64,000 bases of DNA, from NCBI GenBank assembly GCA_965197745.1, contig CBDANS010000007.1, forward strand, positions 1,696,001 to 1,760,000, in the 5' to 3' direction. The notes under the pieces were generated by a model. It was not told the DNA's origin. It was given only the letters and a program-made list of their open reading frames with translations, and did no database searches. A program made the position numbers and the translations under genes. Positions 50,752-61,234 of the stretch are shown here, one piece after another (position 1 is the first letter of the stretch; every line of letters begins with the position of its first letter). This stretch comes from Opitutales bacterium. Lineage in GTDB: Bacteria; Verrucomicrobiota; Verrucomicrobiia; Opitutales; PNEW01.

Positions 50752-52095
50752 GTGAATATGCCGTGCTTCACCAGTATGAATGATTTAATCATCGCAGGAT
50801 TTGGGAAAACGGACATAACCCCGAAAAGTGACGGGACTTTTAAGGTTTTAGATCCGATCTTTTTCCGTGCCTTACACCTAAGGCAGATTGATAAACAGGT
50901 TACTTTTCTCGCTGCCGATCTTTTTCAGCTGGACGATGATTTTAAGAAGCTTGTTGCTGAAAAAGTTGAAGAGATCGATGTTGACGGTGACTGGATACTA
51001 CAGGCTCCCAGCCATCTGGGCACGGCCCCGATTTTTTTTAATCACTACATGGTGCAACCTACCGAGTCCCTTCGCCATTATGATAAGATAGATGACTATG
51101 CGGATGCCGCGGCCAGAGCGATTCGTTTAGCGGTAGAGGATGCCACACCGGCGGCAATTGCAGTGGGCGTTACAGAGACCCCTGAAAAACTGGCTCATAA
51201 TCGCAGGGCATACGACAAGGATGGCAATTTTGTATTCGTCACGATGGAAAAATGGCTCACTCAACCTGATCACCTTGTTTATAAACCCCATGATCGGCAG
51301 TTGGGAATTGTGTATCTAAAAAGAGAGGGTAAACGCCCAATCACGCTCATTAATTATGTTAACCACGCTCTATGCCTGGTTAATGAATTCGGCAATATAT
51401 CAGGGGAGTACTGTGGGCGGTTCTGTCAAATGATCGATGCTGAAGAGATTGATGCACTTTTTGTTCAAGGGGCGCTCGGTGATGTTGCCCCCAATCGTGA
51501 AACCGATGATCCCGCGGACTATTTATCGAAAATCTTATTGGAGCTATGGCATCAACTCATCGAAACCCTTGAACCGACATCCGAGGTAAAAATAAAATTA
51601 GCAAGTAAAACAATAGAAATACCATTTCAACCTGTAGCATTGTCCGACGAAGTTAAACAAAGTATCGAGAAACCCCAATCCCCAACCCTGAACGACCCGA
51701 TGTTTCGGAATGCAACAGGTTCCTGGCAATGGAAAGATAAAGGACAGGTTGACCACAGGGAAAATCATGATAGATACAAATACTGGCTGGCGACACGGTT
51801 TGCGGGGCAGAAGAGCTATCCCTATACGATGCGTGCAATCACCATTGGATCCTCATCCCTGCTTTTTATACCAGGGGAACCTTTCTCTGAAACGGCTTTT
51901 AAAATTCGAGCGGCGGCACCCCAGGAAAATGTTCTTATCCTTGCAAGTCCTTCAGCTGAAGCAGGGTACTTGGCCACACCTCTCGCCCACAGGGAAGGGG
52001 CAAATGAGCATGATCTGTCAGCGCTAAGTTATGATTCAGAACCTGCTATAGTCAAAGCCGCAGTGCAACTGCTGTGTGATGACGTCTTAGTCTAA
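50752..52095 (+). CDS. Neutral/alkaline ceramidase-like amidohydrolase (uncharacterised)
   Basis: GFGKTDITP, DPIFFRAL, SH..TAP, NRR, NY..HA, QGA.GDV, PGEPF; start may be ATG 50776. Confidence 0.7.
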   Translation: MNMPCFTSMNDLIIAGFGKTDITPKSDGTFKVLDPIFFRALHLRQIDKQVTFLAADLFQLDDDFKKLVAEKVEEIDVDGDWILQAPSHLGTAPIFFNHYMVQPTESLRHYDKIDDYADAAARAIRLAVEDATPAAIAVGVTETPEKLAHNRRAYDKDGNFVFVTMEKWLTQPDHLVYKPHDRQLGIVYLKREGKRPITLINYVNHALCLVNEFGNISGEYCGRFCQMIDAEEIDALFVQGALGDVAPNRETDDPADYLSKILLELWHQLIETLEPTSEVKIKLASKTIEIPFQPVALSDEVKQSIEKPQSPTLNDPMFRNATGSWQWKDKGQVDHRENHDRYKYWLATRFAGQKSYPYTMRAITIGSSSLLFIPGEPFSETAFKIRAAAPQENVLILASPSAEAGYLATPLAHREGANEHDLSALSYDSEPAIVKAAVQLLCDDVLV

Positions 52096-52105
52096 ATGAA
52101 TAGCC

Positions 52106-53275
52106 ATGACGCAGCGATCAAAAATTAAGCCGCTATCGCCCGTTGAAGAGGATTTGCCGGGTATAATCACGTTAGTGGATAGTGTAATGCGCGAAGGCAG
52201 CAAGCAAAGCATGCTAACGGACTATCCCCTGGTTTTCCGAAAAGAGAACAGAGAAAACATGCACGTTATAAAAACGGGGGGAAGGATTGTCGCAGAAGTT
52301 CCCTTTATTCCGCGAATTATCAAATTAGGACAGAGCCAATTTTCCATTGGCATCATATCCGCAACTTCAACGCACCCCGATCATCGCAAAAAAGGTTACG
52401 CCTTAGCATGCCTTAATGAAAATATTGAATTAATGGAAAAGAATGGCATCGAACTGTCTGTTTTATGGACCATTGTTCCAACATTTTATTTTTATAATCA
52501 CAGTCAATTTCAGGCCATAAGAAAGCAGATGGTAATGTATCTGTGCGAGAAGAGAGATGCCTTCTATTTTACTCATCATGGACACGAAATCGTTCGCTAT
52601 AACCCGGATAAGCAAGACTATTTAGATGCCATAAAATCCATGCACAATGAAGAACCCAATGGGGCATGCCGCGATACTGATACATACAAAGGTTATTTTT
52701 CTCTGCCGAACATGACTACCTGGATAGCATTAGACAAAGGGCAGCCAATAGCTTATCTAATCGCAAGTTTAGCGACGAATAAACCGGGTATAATTGAAGG
52801 GGGCGGTGACGAAATAGCGATTGAAACCCTTATCCAGCATGCATTGTCAGAATGGCCTGAATTTGATGAGCCAATTCGTTCCTATGGCTACCTGCTGCCT
52901 TCGAGACTGGGTAAGGTAATGGAAAGTAAACTGCCTGACCGCCATGAGCCATGGAGCGGTAATATGATGATTAGATTAAATCTACCGCGAAATTTTTTTG
53001 AAAGTATTAAGCTATGGCTTGAAAAAAAGAACAATGGCAGGAAACGAGCTTTTTCAATCGAAATATCTGATATGGATGAAATAATTTCATTCGATTTTAC
53101 GAAGGATGGATTAAAGATCGGTCAACGTAAAAATACTGATCATCTGACACTGACACGGCGCCAATTAACGTCTGCCGTATTTGGTTATCACCAGGAGGTT
53201 CCGATAATGGGCAATAATCTATTATCGGATATTTTCCCTTTTTACTTTCCTCTCTGGATACTCGATCACAGTTAG
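52106..53275 (+). CDS. GNAT acetyltransferase, Eis-like
   Basis: THPDHRKKGYA motif A, FY motif B; about 390 aa with a possible SCP2-like tail. Confidence 0.78.
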   Translation: MTQRSKIKPLSPVEEDLPGIITLVDSVMREGSKQSMLTDYPLVFRKENRENMHVIKTGGRIVAEVPFIPRIIKLGQSQFSIGIISATSTHPDHRKKGYALACLNENIELMEKNGIELSVLWTIVPTFYFYNHSQFQAIRKQMVMYLCEKRDAFYFTHHGHEIVRYNPDKQDYLDAIKSMHNEEPNGACRDTDTYKGYFSLPNMTTWIALDKGQPIAYLIASLATNKPGIIEGGGDEIAIETLIQHALSEWPEFDEPIRSYGYLLPSRLGKVMESKLPDRHEPWSGNMMIRLNLPRNFFESIKLWLEKKNNGRKRAFSIEISDMDEIISFDFTKDGLKIGQRKNTDHLTLTRRQLTSAVFGYHQEVPIMGNNLLSDIFPFYFPLWILDHS

Positions 53276-53283
53276 CGTATTGC

Positions 53284-54414
53284 TTATTCCGCAGTGCATC
53301 CCTTGATTATTCTTTCGGTGTTATTGTCTATCCAGTCCCAGTCCAGATCGATGCCCAGTCCCGGATCTTGAGGAAGGCGCTGATAACCTTCATCATCGAC
53401 TTCGAGGGGATTGTTTTTTAAAGCAAAACGAAAAATAGGGTGATGCGCTTCGACAAAGCGGCTGAGTTCGGTAGCACAGGCGACATGAAGATTAGCCACA
53501 TCGATGATGGGCGAGGCAGCAGTATGGATTTCCAGCTCGTAGCCCATAAGTTCACACATACCAAGCGCTTTCATTAATCCGGTGATACCACCTTTTAAAT
53601 GAACATCACCTCGGGCGATATCTATAGCCCCCTGAATTAAATATTGGGGTAATTCATGGAGGCGGACAGTTTCCGCGGCAAGAACCGGTGTTTCTATATC
53701 GTCCGCCAGTTTTTTCAGCTGATTTATCTGTCGATCAGGAATAGGTTCTTCAAACCAGAGGAATTTTAACTTATCCAATTCTCTACCAATTTCCAAAGCC
53801 TCAACAATGTTTAGCTCAGCTATGGAGTCGATCATCAGCGGAAAATCCGGCCCCACTATTTCGCGCGCCAAATGCAACCGGGGGATGACGCTGGCAGGTC
53901 CTCCCAGGGGTTGTAATTTAATGCCAGAATACCCGGCATCTTTTTTCGCCCTCACGGCTTTATCTACTGCTTCCGGAGTTTGAATAAGGTGGGGTGGAAG
54001 GCTGGCATAGAGAGGGACCTTGTCGCGAACTTTCCCCAGCAGGGTGGCGATGGGAAGTCCGGCTACTTTCCCTTTGATATCCCATAGGGCCACGTCTAAT
54101 TCAGCCTGAATAGTATCGGTCAGTCCATATAAATGCCGGTTCAATTGTCGAATGCTCTGCCATATCTTTTCATGGCACAGAGGGTCATGGCCCACGACAT
54201 GATGATAATAGACATCGTGAATGAGGTTTGCATTAGCGGGTCCACAGCCAACTACTCCATAACCCATGCTGTATCCCTCAATGCCTTCATCGGTAGAAAG
54301 GCTGATCAGGGGATAATACCAATAGCGAGGGACTTCTTTAGGAATCGGTTGATCTTCAAACCAGAGTGAAAAATCGAGTTTAACCAGACGTGTCGTTATA
54401 TCAGTTACTTTCAT
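53284..54414 (-). CDS. Mandelate racemase/muconate-lactonising enzyme family protein
   Basis: DVALWDIKGK, LMID, WFEEP, GGIT, PGLGIDLDW. Confidence 0.9.
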   Translation of the reverse strand: MKVTDITTRLVKLDFSLWFEDQPIPKEVPRYWYYPLISLSTDEGIEGYSMGYGVVGCGPANANLIHDVYYHHVVGHDPLCHEKIWQSIRQLNRHLYGLTDTIQAELDVALWDIKGKVAGLPIATLLGKVRDKVPLYASLPPHLIQTPEAVDKAVRAKKDAGYSGIKLQPLGGPASVIPRLHLAREIVGPDFPLMIDSIAELNIVEALEIGRELDKLKFLWFEEPIPDRQINQLKKLADDIETPVLAAETVRLHELPQYLIQGAIDIARGDVHLKGGITGLMKALGMCELMGYELEIHTAASPIIDVANLHVACATELSRFVEAHHPIFRFALKNNPLEVDDEGYQRLPQDPGLGIDLDWDWIDNNTERIIKGCTAE

Positions 54415-54514
54415 ATTATTAATTCAGCTGCAAAATTGTGAGGCTTGATTTAATTCTCAAGATCGGGCTCAAACTTCTGAATAATAAATTTATAATGTCA
54501 ATCTACAGTTCATC

Positions 54515-55063
54515 CTAAGGGTTGGGGTTCTCCAACTCTACTTTGAGGCTACCAATACAGGGAAGGTTGCGATATTTTTCCGCATAATCCAGACCATAGC
54601 CGACGACAAATTTATTGGGTATTTTAAATCCTATAAAATCCGCATTAAACGGGACTTCGCGACGGCCTTCTTTTTCTAATAAAATGCAAGTCCGCAATGA
54701 GGCCGGACCCCGCTGCTTTAAATAATCAAAGGCAAAAGAAATGGTATGGCCGGTATCAAGGATGTCATCGATAAGGAGGACATGCCGATTGCTTAGATCC
54801 AGGCGAATGGTATCAACGATATCAGGTGTCCTGTCGGGGAGTGTCCCATTGCGATAGCTGAAGATGCGAACACAGTCTAAGCGAAGAGAAAGATTAACCT
54901 CCCTTAATATATCTGCAGTAAAGAAGACAGCCCCATTTATGATAGAGATTACCGTTAATTCGTCACAATCTTTATAACATGCACTTACCTCCTGGCCTAA
55001 CTCCATGACCCGTTTATTGATTTCTTCTTTTGTAAATAGAATCTGTTCGAGATCTTCTAACAT
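54515..55063 (-). CDS. hpt: Hypoxanthine phosphoribosyltransferase
   Basis: LLIDDILDTG PRPP motif; FVVGYGLDYAEKYRNLP. Confidence 0.93.
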   Translation of the reverse strand: MLEDLEQILFTKEEINKRVMELGQEVSACYKDCDELTVISIINGAVFFTADILREVNLSLRLDCVRIFSYRNGTLPDRTPDIVDTIRLDLSNRHVLLIDDILDTGHTISFAFDYLKQRGPASLRTCILLEKEGRREVPFNADFIGFKIPNKFVVGYGLDYAEKYRNLPCIGSLKVELENPNP

Positions 55064-55247
55064 GATTATATAATTAATGAAGATAGTTTATACTTAATAC
55101 CGGTGGCCAACTAACGATCTTAAGATATTTGATCCCACGTGTTTGGAAAGGCATTATGAATATACAGGTCAAACCGGGTATGATTCAATAGGCATCCTCG
55201 ATCCTTTTATTTTGACAGTGCAGAGGGCGGCGTTCAGATAATGAGCT

Positions 55248-56318
55248 ATGATTACGGTTACGGTCCGTAAACTGGTTAAGAGATTCGATGCTACAGTTGC
55301 ACTCGATAGCGTCGATCTTTCAATTTACGCGGGCGAGCTTTTTTTTCTCCTGGGACCAAGTGGTTGCGGTAAAACTACTCTACTGCGCACCATTGCTGGT
55401 TTTTATATCCCCGAGAAAGGTCAAATAAATTTCGGCTCTGAAGAGGTTACACGCCTGGCTCCACATAAAAGAAATACCGGTATGGTTTTTCAGAATTACG
55501 CATTATGGCCCCATATGACAATAGAAGAAAATGTCAGCTTCGGGCTTGAACAACGAAAACTGAATAAAAATGAGATTAAGCAGCGAGTAACCGAATCATT
55601 AAAAGCCGTGGACATGTATCCCTATGCCCACCGCAAGCCCAATCAGCTTTCCGGCGGTCAGCAACAGCGGATAGCCCTCGCTCGAGCCCTGGTCATTCGG
55701 CCGCAATGTCTTCTCCTTGATGAACCTCTCTCCAATCTGGATGCCAAGCTCCGCCTTGAAATGAGGTCAGAAATCAGGCGCGTCTGCAAAGAGAGCAAAT
55801 TAACTACGATTTATGTGACGCATGATCAAAAGGAGGCGTTATCAATCGCTGACCGCATAGCTATTTTAAACGAGGGGAGGGTGTTGCAGGTGGGAAACCC
55901 GCAAGCAATATATAAGCACCCACAGAACGCATTTGTCGCAGATTTTATCGGCGAGACAAATTTTGTTGAGGGCACACTGCTACAGTGCAGCGGAGGAACC
56001 GCCCTCGTAAAAACAGGATTAGGGAATATCCGAGGTCTTTGGCCGGAGGAATCGAACAATCTCACGGAAGGAGCTGAAGTACGCCTGTCCATCCGTCCGG
56101 AATCTATTCACATTGAAAGAAATGCTTCATCTGAAAATTGCTTTCGAGGCCGAATCAAAGAGACCCTATACTATGGCGAGCTGGGCCAATATAATTTTTT
56201 AAGCGATGATGTGAGTTTGAAGGTATTCGAGATCAATCCGCGGTATTACGGGATTTCTCCTGAATTAGAACTTTATGCCTGTGTTGAACCCGGAGAGGTC
56301 ATTGTTCTAAAAAAGTAG
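55248..56318 (+). CDS. ABC importer ATP-binding protein (FbpC/PotA-like, TOBE domain)
   Basis: GPSGCGKTT, VFQNYALWPHM, LSGGQQQR, LLDEPLSNLD. Confidence 0.92.
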   Translation: MITVTVRKLVKRFDATVALDSVDLSIYAGELFFLLGPSGCGKTTLLRTIAGFYIPEKGQINFGSEEVTRLAPHKRNTGMVFQNYALWPHMTIEENVSFGLEQRKLNKNEIKQRVTESLKAVDMYPYAHRKPNQLSGGQQQRIALARALVIRPQCLLLDEPLSNLDAKLRLEMRSEIRRVCKESKLTTIYVTHDQKEALSIADRIAILNEGRVLQVGNPQAIYKHPQNAFVADFIGETNFVEGTLLQCSGGTALVKTGLGNIRGLWPEESNNLTEGAEVRLSIRPESIHIERNASSENCFRGRIKETLYYGELGQYNFLSDDVSLKVFEINPRYYGISPELELYACVEPGEVIVLKK

Positions 56319-56324
56319 ACGAAG

Positions 56325-57944
56325 ATGCGTAATTATTTCCTGATCGCATTAATTTCTATCATTATTGCCGTGCCGTTCCTCTTGCGGAAAAAAGAGGGTA
56401 AGATTGATGATAGTGATGAAAAATTAGTTATTATCTCACCTCACCTGGAATCCATTCGCTATGAATTCACCCAGGGATTCAAAAAATGGTATAAAAACAA
56501 AACAGGGTTAACCGTAGATATCGATTGGCGCGTGCCCGGCGGGACAAGTGAAATTGTGCGCTTTATAAATTCTGAATATACGAGCGCCTTTCGCCTTTAC
56601 TGGGAGCGGGAATTAAAGAACGCATGGAGCTTAAAGGTTCAGGAAAATTTTACGAATAGCCGCATCGTATTAGATGATTCACCAGAAGACGATTCTATCG
56701 CTGAGGCGTCCCGCCGCGCTTTTCTAAATTCTAATATAGGTTGCGGGATGGACATCATGTTTGGTGGGGGCAGCTATGATTTTATACAACAGGCACGTGC
56801 CGGCCGCTTAATTAATTGCGAATTACTGAATCGACGACCGGAATGGTTCGGTGAAAATGGTATTCCCAAAGCTTTTGCGGGAGAACCATTCTGGGATGAG
56901 GAAGGGCGTTGGATTGGAGCCGTTCTCGCTACTTTTGGAATTATATACAACCATGATTCACTCCATCGGCTTGGCATAGAGGGGTATCCCCACAAGTGGG
57001 AAGACTTGGATAATCCTCGCTACTTCGGGGAAATTGCGTCTGCCGATCCAACAAAAAGCGGTTCTGTGAACAAAGCGTTTGAAATGATTATCCAGGAGCA
57101 GATGCAATTGCTTTACCGCCAATACCAGTTGGAAAATAGCAATCTTTCAGAAGATTTAGAAAAGCGGGCAATCGAGGATGGGTGGATGAAAGGAATTCAA
57201 TTGATCCAGACAATCTCTGCCAATGCGCGGTATTTTACCGATTCATCGACAAAAATATCGATTGATGTTTCGACGGGGGATTGTGCAGTTGGTATGAGCA
57301 TTGATTATTACGCCCGTTACCAGGAAGAACAAATGAAAAATCGTGAGGGGAGAAAAAGATTTGGTTATCAAATGCCCCAAAATGGATCAGCTGTTTCCGT
57401 AGACCCCATCGGTATCTTCCGTGGTGCGGAAAATTCTGAATTGGCCCAGGATTTTATAGAATATGTTATTTCGCTGGAAGGACAGAAACTCTGGAATTTT
57501 AAAGTTAAATCACCAGGTGGCCCGGAACAGTATGCACTCAGACGTCCTCCTGTCCGCATGGAGTTATACGCAGAAGCATTTAATCCCTATCGATCGGATC
57601 CCTCCGTAAATCCTTATTTAGATGCCGGTGAATTTGTCTACGAGGGTGGATGGACAGGTCCCCTTTTCAATGAGTTGAGATTTATAATAAAAACAGCATT
57701 CATCGATGTGCATAAGGATTTAAAAGAAGCCCGTGAAGCATTAATTGAAAATAATTTTCCCGAAAATGCCGTGGCTGAATTTAATGATTTATCAGCTATC
57801 AGTTATGCTGAAGCTATGGGGCCAATTAAAAACGCGATACGATCACGTAACCGTATTGAGGAAGTAGTGCTTGCAAAAAGACTTTCTCACCATTTTCAAA
57901 AAAAGTATAAGGAAACCATTCGCCTTGCTTACGGGGGTAGTTAA
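56325..57944 (+). CDS. Extracellular solute-binding protein (Fe3+/AfuA-like cluster)
   Basis: IISPH, DIMFGGG, FGIIYN, WEDL, ADPTKSGS, SLEGQKLW; N-terminal anchor. Confidence 0.82.
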   Translation: MRNYFLIALISIIIAVPFLLRKKEGKIDDSDEKLVIISPHLESIRYEFTQGFKKWYKNKTGLTVDIDWRVPGGTSEIVRFINSEYTSAFRLYWERELKNAWSLKVQENFTNSRIVLDDSPEDDSIAEASRRAFLNSNIGCGMDIMFGGGSYDFIQQARAGRLINCELLNRRPEWFGENGIPKAFAGEPFWDEEGRWIGAVLATFGIIYNHDSLHRLGIEGYPHKWEDLDNPRYFGEIASADPTKSGSVNKAFEMIIQEQMQLLYRQYQLENSNLSEDLEKRAIEDGWMKGIQLIQTISANARYFTDSSTKISIDVSTGDCAVGMSIDYYARYQEEQMKNREGRKRFGYQMPQNGSAVSVDPIGIFRGAENSELAQDFIEYVISLEGQKLWNFKVKSPGGPEQYALRRPPVRMELYAEAFNPYRSDPSVNPYLDAGEFVYEGGWTGPLFNELRFIIKTAFIDVHKDLKEAREALIENNFPENAVAEFNDLSAISYAEAMGPIKNAIRSRNRIEEVVLAKRLSHHFQKKYKETIRLAYGGS

Positions 57945-58072
57945 TTTGAATATTTACTGATAAAAAATCTGATAAATTATGAAAGATTAAAAGCGATGGA
58001 ATTGCTTTTGGAATCTTTGATAAAAATATTGTCAGTATTTCATTCATTTCCGGGATCAGAAAGACACAACTT

Positions 58073-59587
58073 ATGGTAAACGACGAAAAAGAAATAATTG
58101 CTCCACCGAGAGCACTGCTTGCCAATAATCCTCTCAAGTGGTTGAAGTATTTTGGTCCCGGCGCTATTATCGCCTCTGCTACCATTGGAAGTGGTGAAAC
58201 GTTATTTGCCACGCGCGGTGGCAGTCTTTTTGGATATAATATATTATGGATTTTTGTTTATGTTTCGATTCTCAAATGGGTTCTCTGTTACAGCAGCATG
58301 CGGCATATGATATTAAGCGGCGCCCATCCTTATGAGCGCTGGAGTTTTATCCCCGGCCCGCATGGATGGTTTCCGATATTCATGTTTAGTATACCCCTGA
58401 TTTTATGGCCGATTTGGTATGGATTTCTCTCAGGAGTCATGGGAACGGCATTCATGTGGGTTTTTGGCGTCAGGGAAGCGTTTGCCGGAAATGATGTCTA
58501 TATATGGGCTACTCTATTTCTATGCCTGGGCATTGTTATCCTTTTTATTGGCAGTTACTCTTTCGTGGAGATAGGCCAAATCACGATTATCGGTCTCATG
58601 ACATTGTGTATGGTCATCGCCATTTTTTACATGGGAGCTGATTGGTTGGCAGCATTCAAAGGAACGATTGTTCCTCAAGCGGTGAGTTTCCCGGATTGGA
58701 TATACGAGGTAAAACCGGATATGAAAAATCGTTCGGCCTGGCTGGAGGTTCTTGTCTACACGGGTGTTATAGGCGGCGCCAGTTTCGACTACCTTGGCTA
58801 TGTGGCATTCCTGCGGGATAAAAAGTGGGGCCGCAGTCACATGGAATTAGCGACGAAAGAGGAGCTGAGTGAGATTGCCGAAGAAAAAGATCATTCTGCC
58901 AGGCTCTGGGTCCGTGCCGCGCTCATTGATACGAGCTGCAGTTTTGCCATGATCATTTTTCTTTCTGGGTGTTTTTCCATGCTGGGAACAATAGTCCTTC
59001 GGCCACAGCATCTTTTCCCGAATGACATGAATCTTCTCAACTACCAGGGCGAATTTTTCACGGCACTCGCGCCCTGGCTGCTCCCTTTATATAAAGTAGC
59101 AATATTCTTTGCTTTTCTCTCCATTATTTACGGTGGCCCGGAACTGGCGGTTAGGGTCTTTTATGAATATTTTAATTCTTTACCACGATTTCGAAACCGC
59201 GTGCCTATGCGCAAAATCAGAATTTTCGTGATTGTCTGGTGCATAATTGGAGGCATAATACTTCTCTGGTTGAGCAAAGCCTACCCGGGTGTAACGCTAG
59301 TTGAGTATATCACCCCGGCGAGTCTCATTTCCGGTGTCTTGTCGTGTGGATTATATTGCCTTTTCAACCCGTGGATGGATTGGAAATTTCTTCCGACTGA
59401 ATTGAGAATGAATCGCTTCCTTGTGATTCTAAATATACTGGCGGGTGTAATTTTCGTGGCAACCGGACTTAAAGCTCTTTGGGATCATTGGGAATTCAAT
59501 TATCTAATCCTCGGCGGGCACATTGTCATATGCATGGTATTGGCAAAAATGATATTCAAAAGATATCTCTCTAAAAGACCGGCCTGA
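58073..59587 (+). CDS. NRAMP-related (YcsG-like) membrane transporter
   Basis: FGPGAIIASATIGSGE, G..FGY.ILW; about 11-12 TMs; lacks the MntH DPGN motif. Confidence 0.75.
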   Translation: MVNDEKEIIAPPRALLANNPLKWLKYFGPGAIIASATIGSGETLFATRGGSLFGYNILWIFVYVSILKWVLCYSSMRHMILSGAHPYERWSFIPGPHGWFPIFMFSIPLILWPIWYGFLSGVMGTAFMWVFGVREAFAGNDVYIWATLFLCLGIVILFIGSYSFVEIGQITIIGLMTLCMVIAIFYMGADWLAAFKGTIVPQAVSFPDWIYEVKPDMKNRSAWLEVLVYTGVIGGASFDYLGYVAFLRDKKWGRSHMELATKEELSEIAEEKDHSARLWVRAALIDTSCSFAMIIFLSGCFSMLGTIVLRPQHLFPNDMNLLNYQGEFFTALAPWLLPLYKVAIFFAFLSIIYGGPELAVRVFYEYFNSLPRFRNRVPMRKIRIFVIVWCIIGGIILLWLSKAYPGVTLVEYITPASLISGVLSCGLYCLFNPWMDWKFLPTELRMNRFLVILNILAGVIFVATGLKALWDHWEFNYLILGGHIVICMVLAKMIFKRYLSKRPA

Positions 59588-59704
59588 TCAAGCTGCGACA
59601 ATTTTTAGAGATTACTTTTCAATTATTTTACAATGTAGTCATAAGCTTTCTACTCTTTATCGACTTCATTACAAATCACAGCAGCGTAAAGCCGAGAATG
59701 CTTC

Positions 59705-60244
59705 TTAAGCAGTCTGCATGTTCACATCCAAGGCTGATGTATAGCGCAAAAGAACATCGGTCAATTCTTTGATCCGTCTGTTAAGTTCAGTGTCATGAAT
59801 TTCATTTTCGCGGAAGGCATCAGAAGTGGCATATACAAAGCGGGGAATTATCAAGCAACGAAAATCCAGCATGAGAGAGTTAGCGAATGGCATGACTGAC
59901 ATATAACTGCTGTTTCCTCCAGCTGAACAGATAAATCCTACAACCTTTTCGGTCCAGGCTTTGCCCGTTAATTCAAGGAGGTTTTTAGCCACAGCATTGA
60001 CATCAAAATTGTAGATAGGAGTGGAAATAATTATACCTGACGCTTTCTCGATTTTATGCGTGAGTTTAATGACTTGCTCGTTATTATAACAGGAATGGCC
60101 GTCACAGTGTGGAAGATCCCAATTCGCAAGGTCAACATGCTCAATTTTATGATCAGAGTTTTTTAAAATTTCGAGGGCATAACGGGCCATAGCCGTGCTG
60201 TGGCTGTGTGAATTCAAACTGCAGCTAATTAATATCAATTTCAT
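59705..60244 (-). CDS. NADPH-dependent FMN reductase
   Basis: SCSL...S.S, STPIYN, KN..E, SAGG flavodoxin-like motifs. Confidence 0.9.
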   Translation of the reverse strand: MKLILISCSLNSHSHSTAMARYALEILKNSDHKIEHVDLANWDLPHCDGHSCYNNEQVIKLTHKIEKASGIIISTPIYNFDVNAVAKNLLELTGKAWTEKVVGFICSAGGNSSYMSVMPFANSLMLDFRCLIIPRFVYATSDAFRENEIHDTELNRRIKELTDVLLRYTSALDVNMQTA

Positions 60245-60356
60245 TAGAATGAATTTACTATTACTTAAGTTTAATAAAAGACAATGCCTAATGGCACCGC
60301 TGGATTAGATTATTAAGTCTGGTAATATATTTCCCCGAGAAAGGTTTGAAGCATTA

Positions 60357-61142
60357 TTATCGTTTTATGGGATATTTTTTTAATCTCATTGTTTGTGCGA
60401 TGAAGCGGATAATAAAAATAGGGTTATATTTTAAATACCGTTTCCAAAGTCTTCCTGGTTCTTGAATTAAACGAAACAACCATTCAAATCCTGAACGTTG
60501 GATCCAACGTGGCGCCTGTCGGATTTGGCCGGTGTAAAAATCGAAAGCGGCCCCGACACCGAATAGCAATACGGTATTTAATTTCGGCAGATATTCGGCC
60601 ATAAACTTTTCCTGCTTTGGGGTGCTAAGCCCGACCCATACAATAGAGGGAGCCGCGCCCTCAATAATTTTCACTAATTCGGACTCCTCCTGATCATTTA
60701 GTTTTCTGAATGGGGGAGTATAATGTCCGACAATATTTAAGCGGGGGAAGCGTTCTTTGAGTGTTCTGGAAAGTTCCTTCGCGACCCCGGGTGCCCCACC
60801 ATAAATAAAATGACCATAGGAAGTATTTTCGGTGGCAGCGCATACTTCGTCCATCAGATCAGGGCCATAAACACGATTAATATTGTTTTGAGCACGCCAC
60901 TTGCCAATCCAAACCAGTGGCATGCCGTCAGGAGTGACGAGATAGGCGCGGTTATATATTTTAGACAATTCCGGATCGTTTTGCGCTTCACTTATTCCAT
61001 GAACATTAGTCACGCAAACATAACCTTTTTCTCCTTTTCCCAAAGCGTCAAGAACGGCATCTCTTGCAGACTCAAGAGTTATAGCGCTCACCGCTATACC
61101 TTGAACATTAAAAGTCTCAATTTGTGTTATGGGCACACTCAC
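60357..61142 (-). CDS. WecB/TagA/CpsF glycosyltransferase (GT26)
   Basis: PDGMPLVW, RVYGPDL, WVGLSTPKQE, GVGAAFDF, EWLFRL..EP.RLWKRY. Confidence 0.93.
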   Translation of the reverse strand: MSVPITQIETFNVQGIAVSAITLESARDAVLDALGKGEKGYVCVTNVHGISEAQNDPELSKIYNRAYLVTPDGMPLVWIGKWRAQNNINRVYGPDLMDEVCAATENTSYGHFIYGGAPGVAKELSRTLKERFPRLNIVGHYTPPFRKLNDQEESELVKIIEGAAPSIVWVGLSTPKQEKFMAEYLPKLNTVLLFGVGAAFDFYTGQIRQAPRWIQRSGFEWLFRLIQEPGRLWKRYLKYNPIFIIRFIAQTMRLKKYPIKR

Positions 61143-61234
61143 ATTCAGGAGATTACAATTGTCGTCTTTATATGCCTTGACCAGCTAATCTTTAAATTGC
61201 GATATTCAATGAATAGATAATTCTACCACAAATA

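Noticed and set aside
58073..59587. Calling the transporter mntH
   Set aside because: The DPGN metal-binding motif is absent (IGSGE instead)
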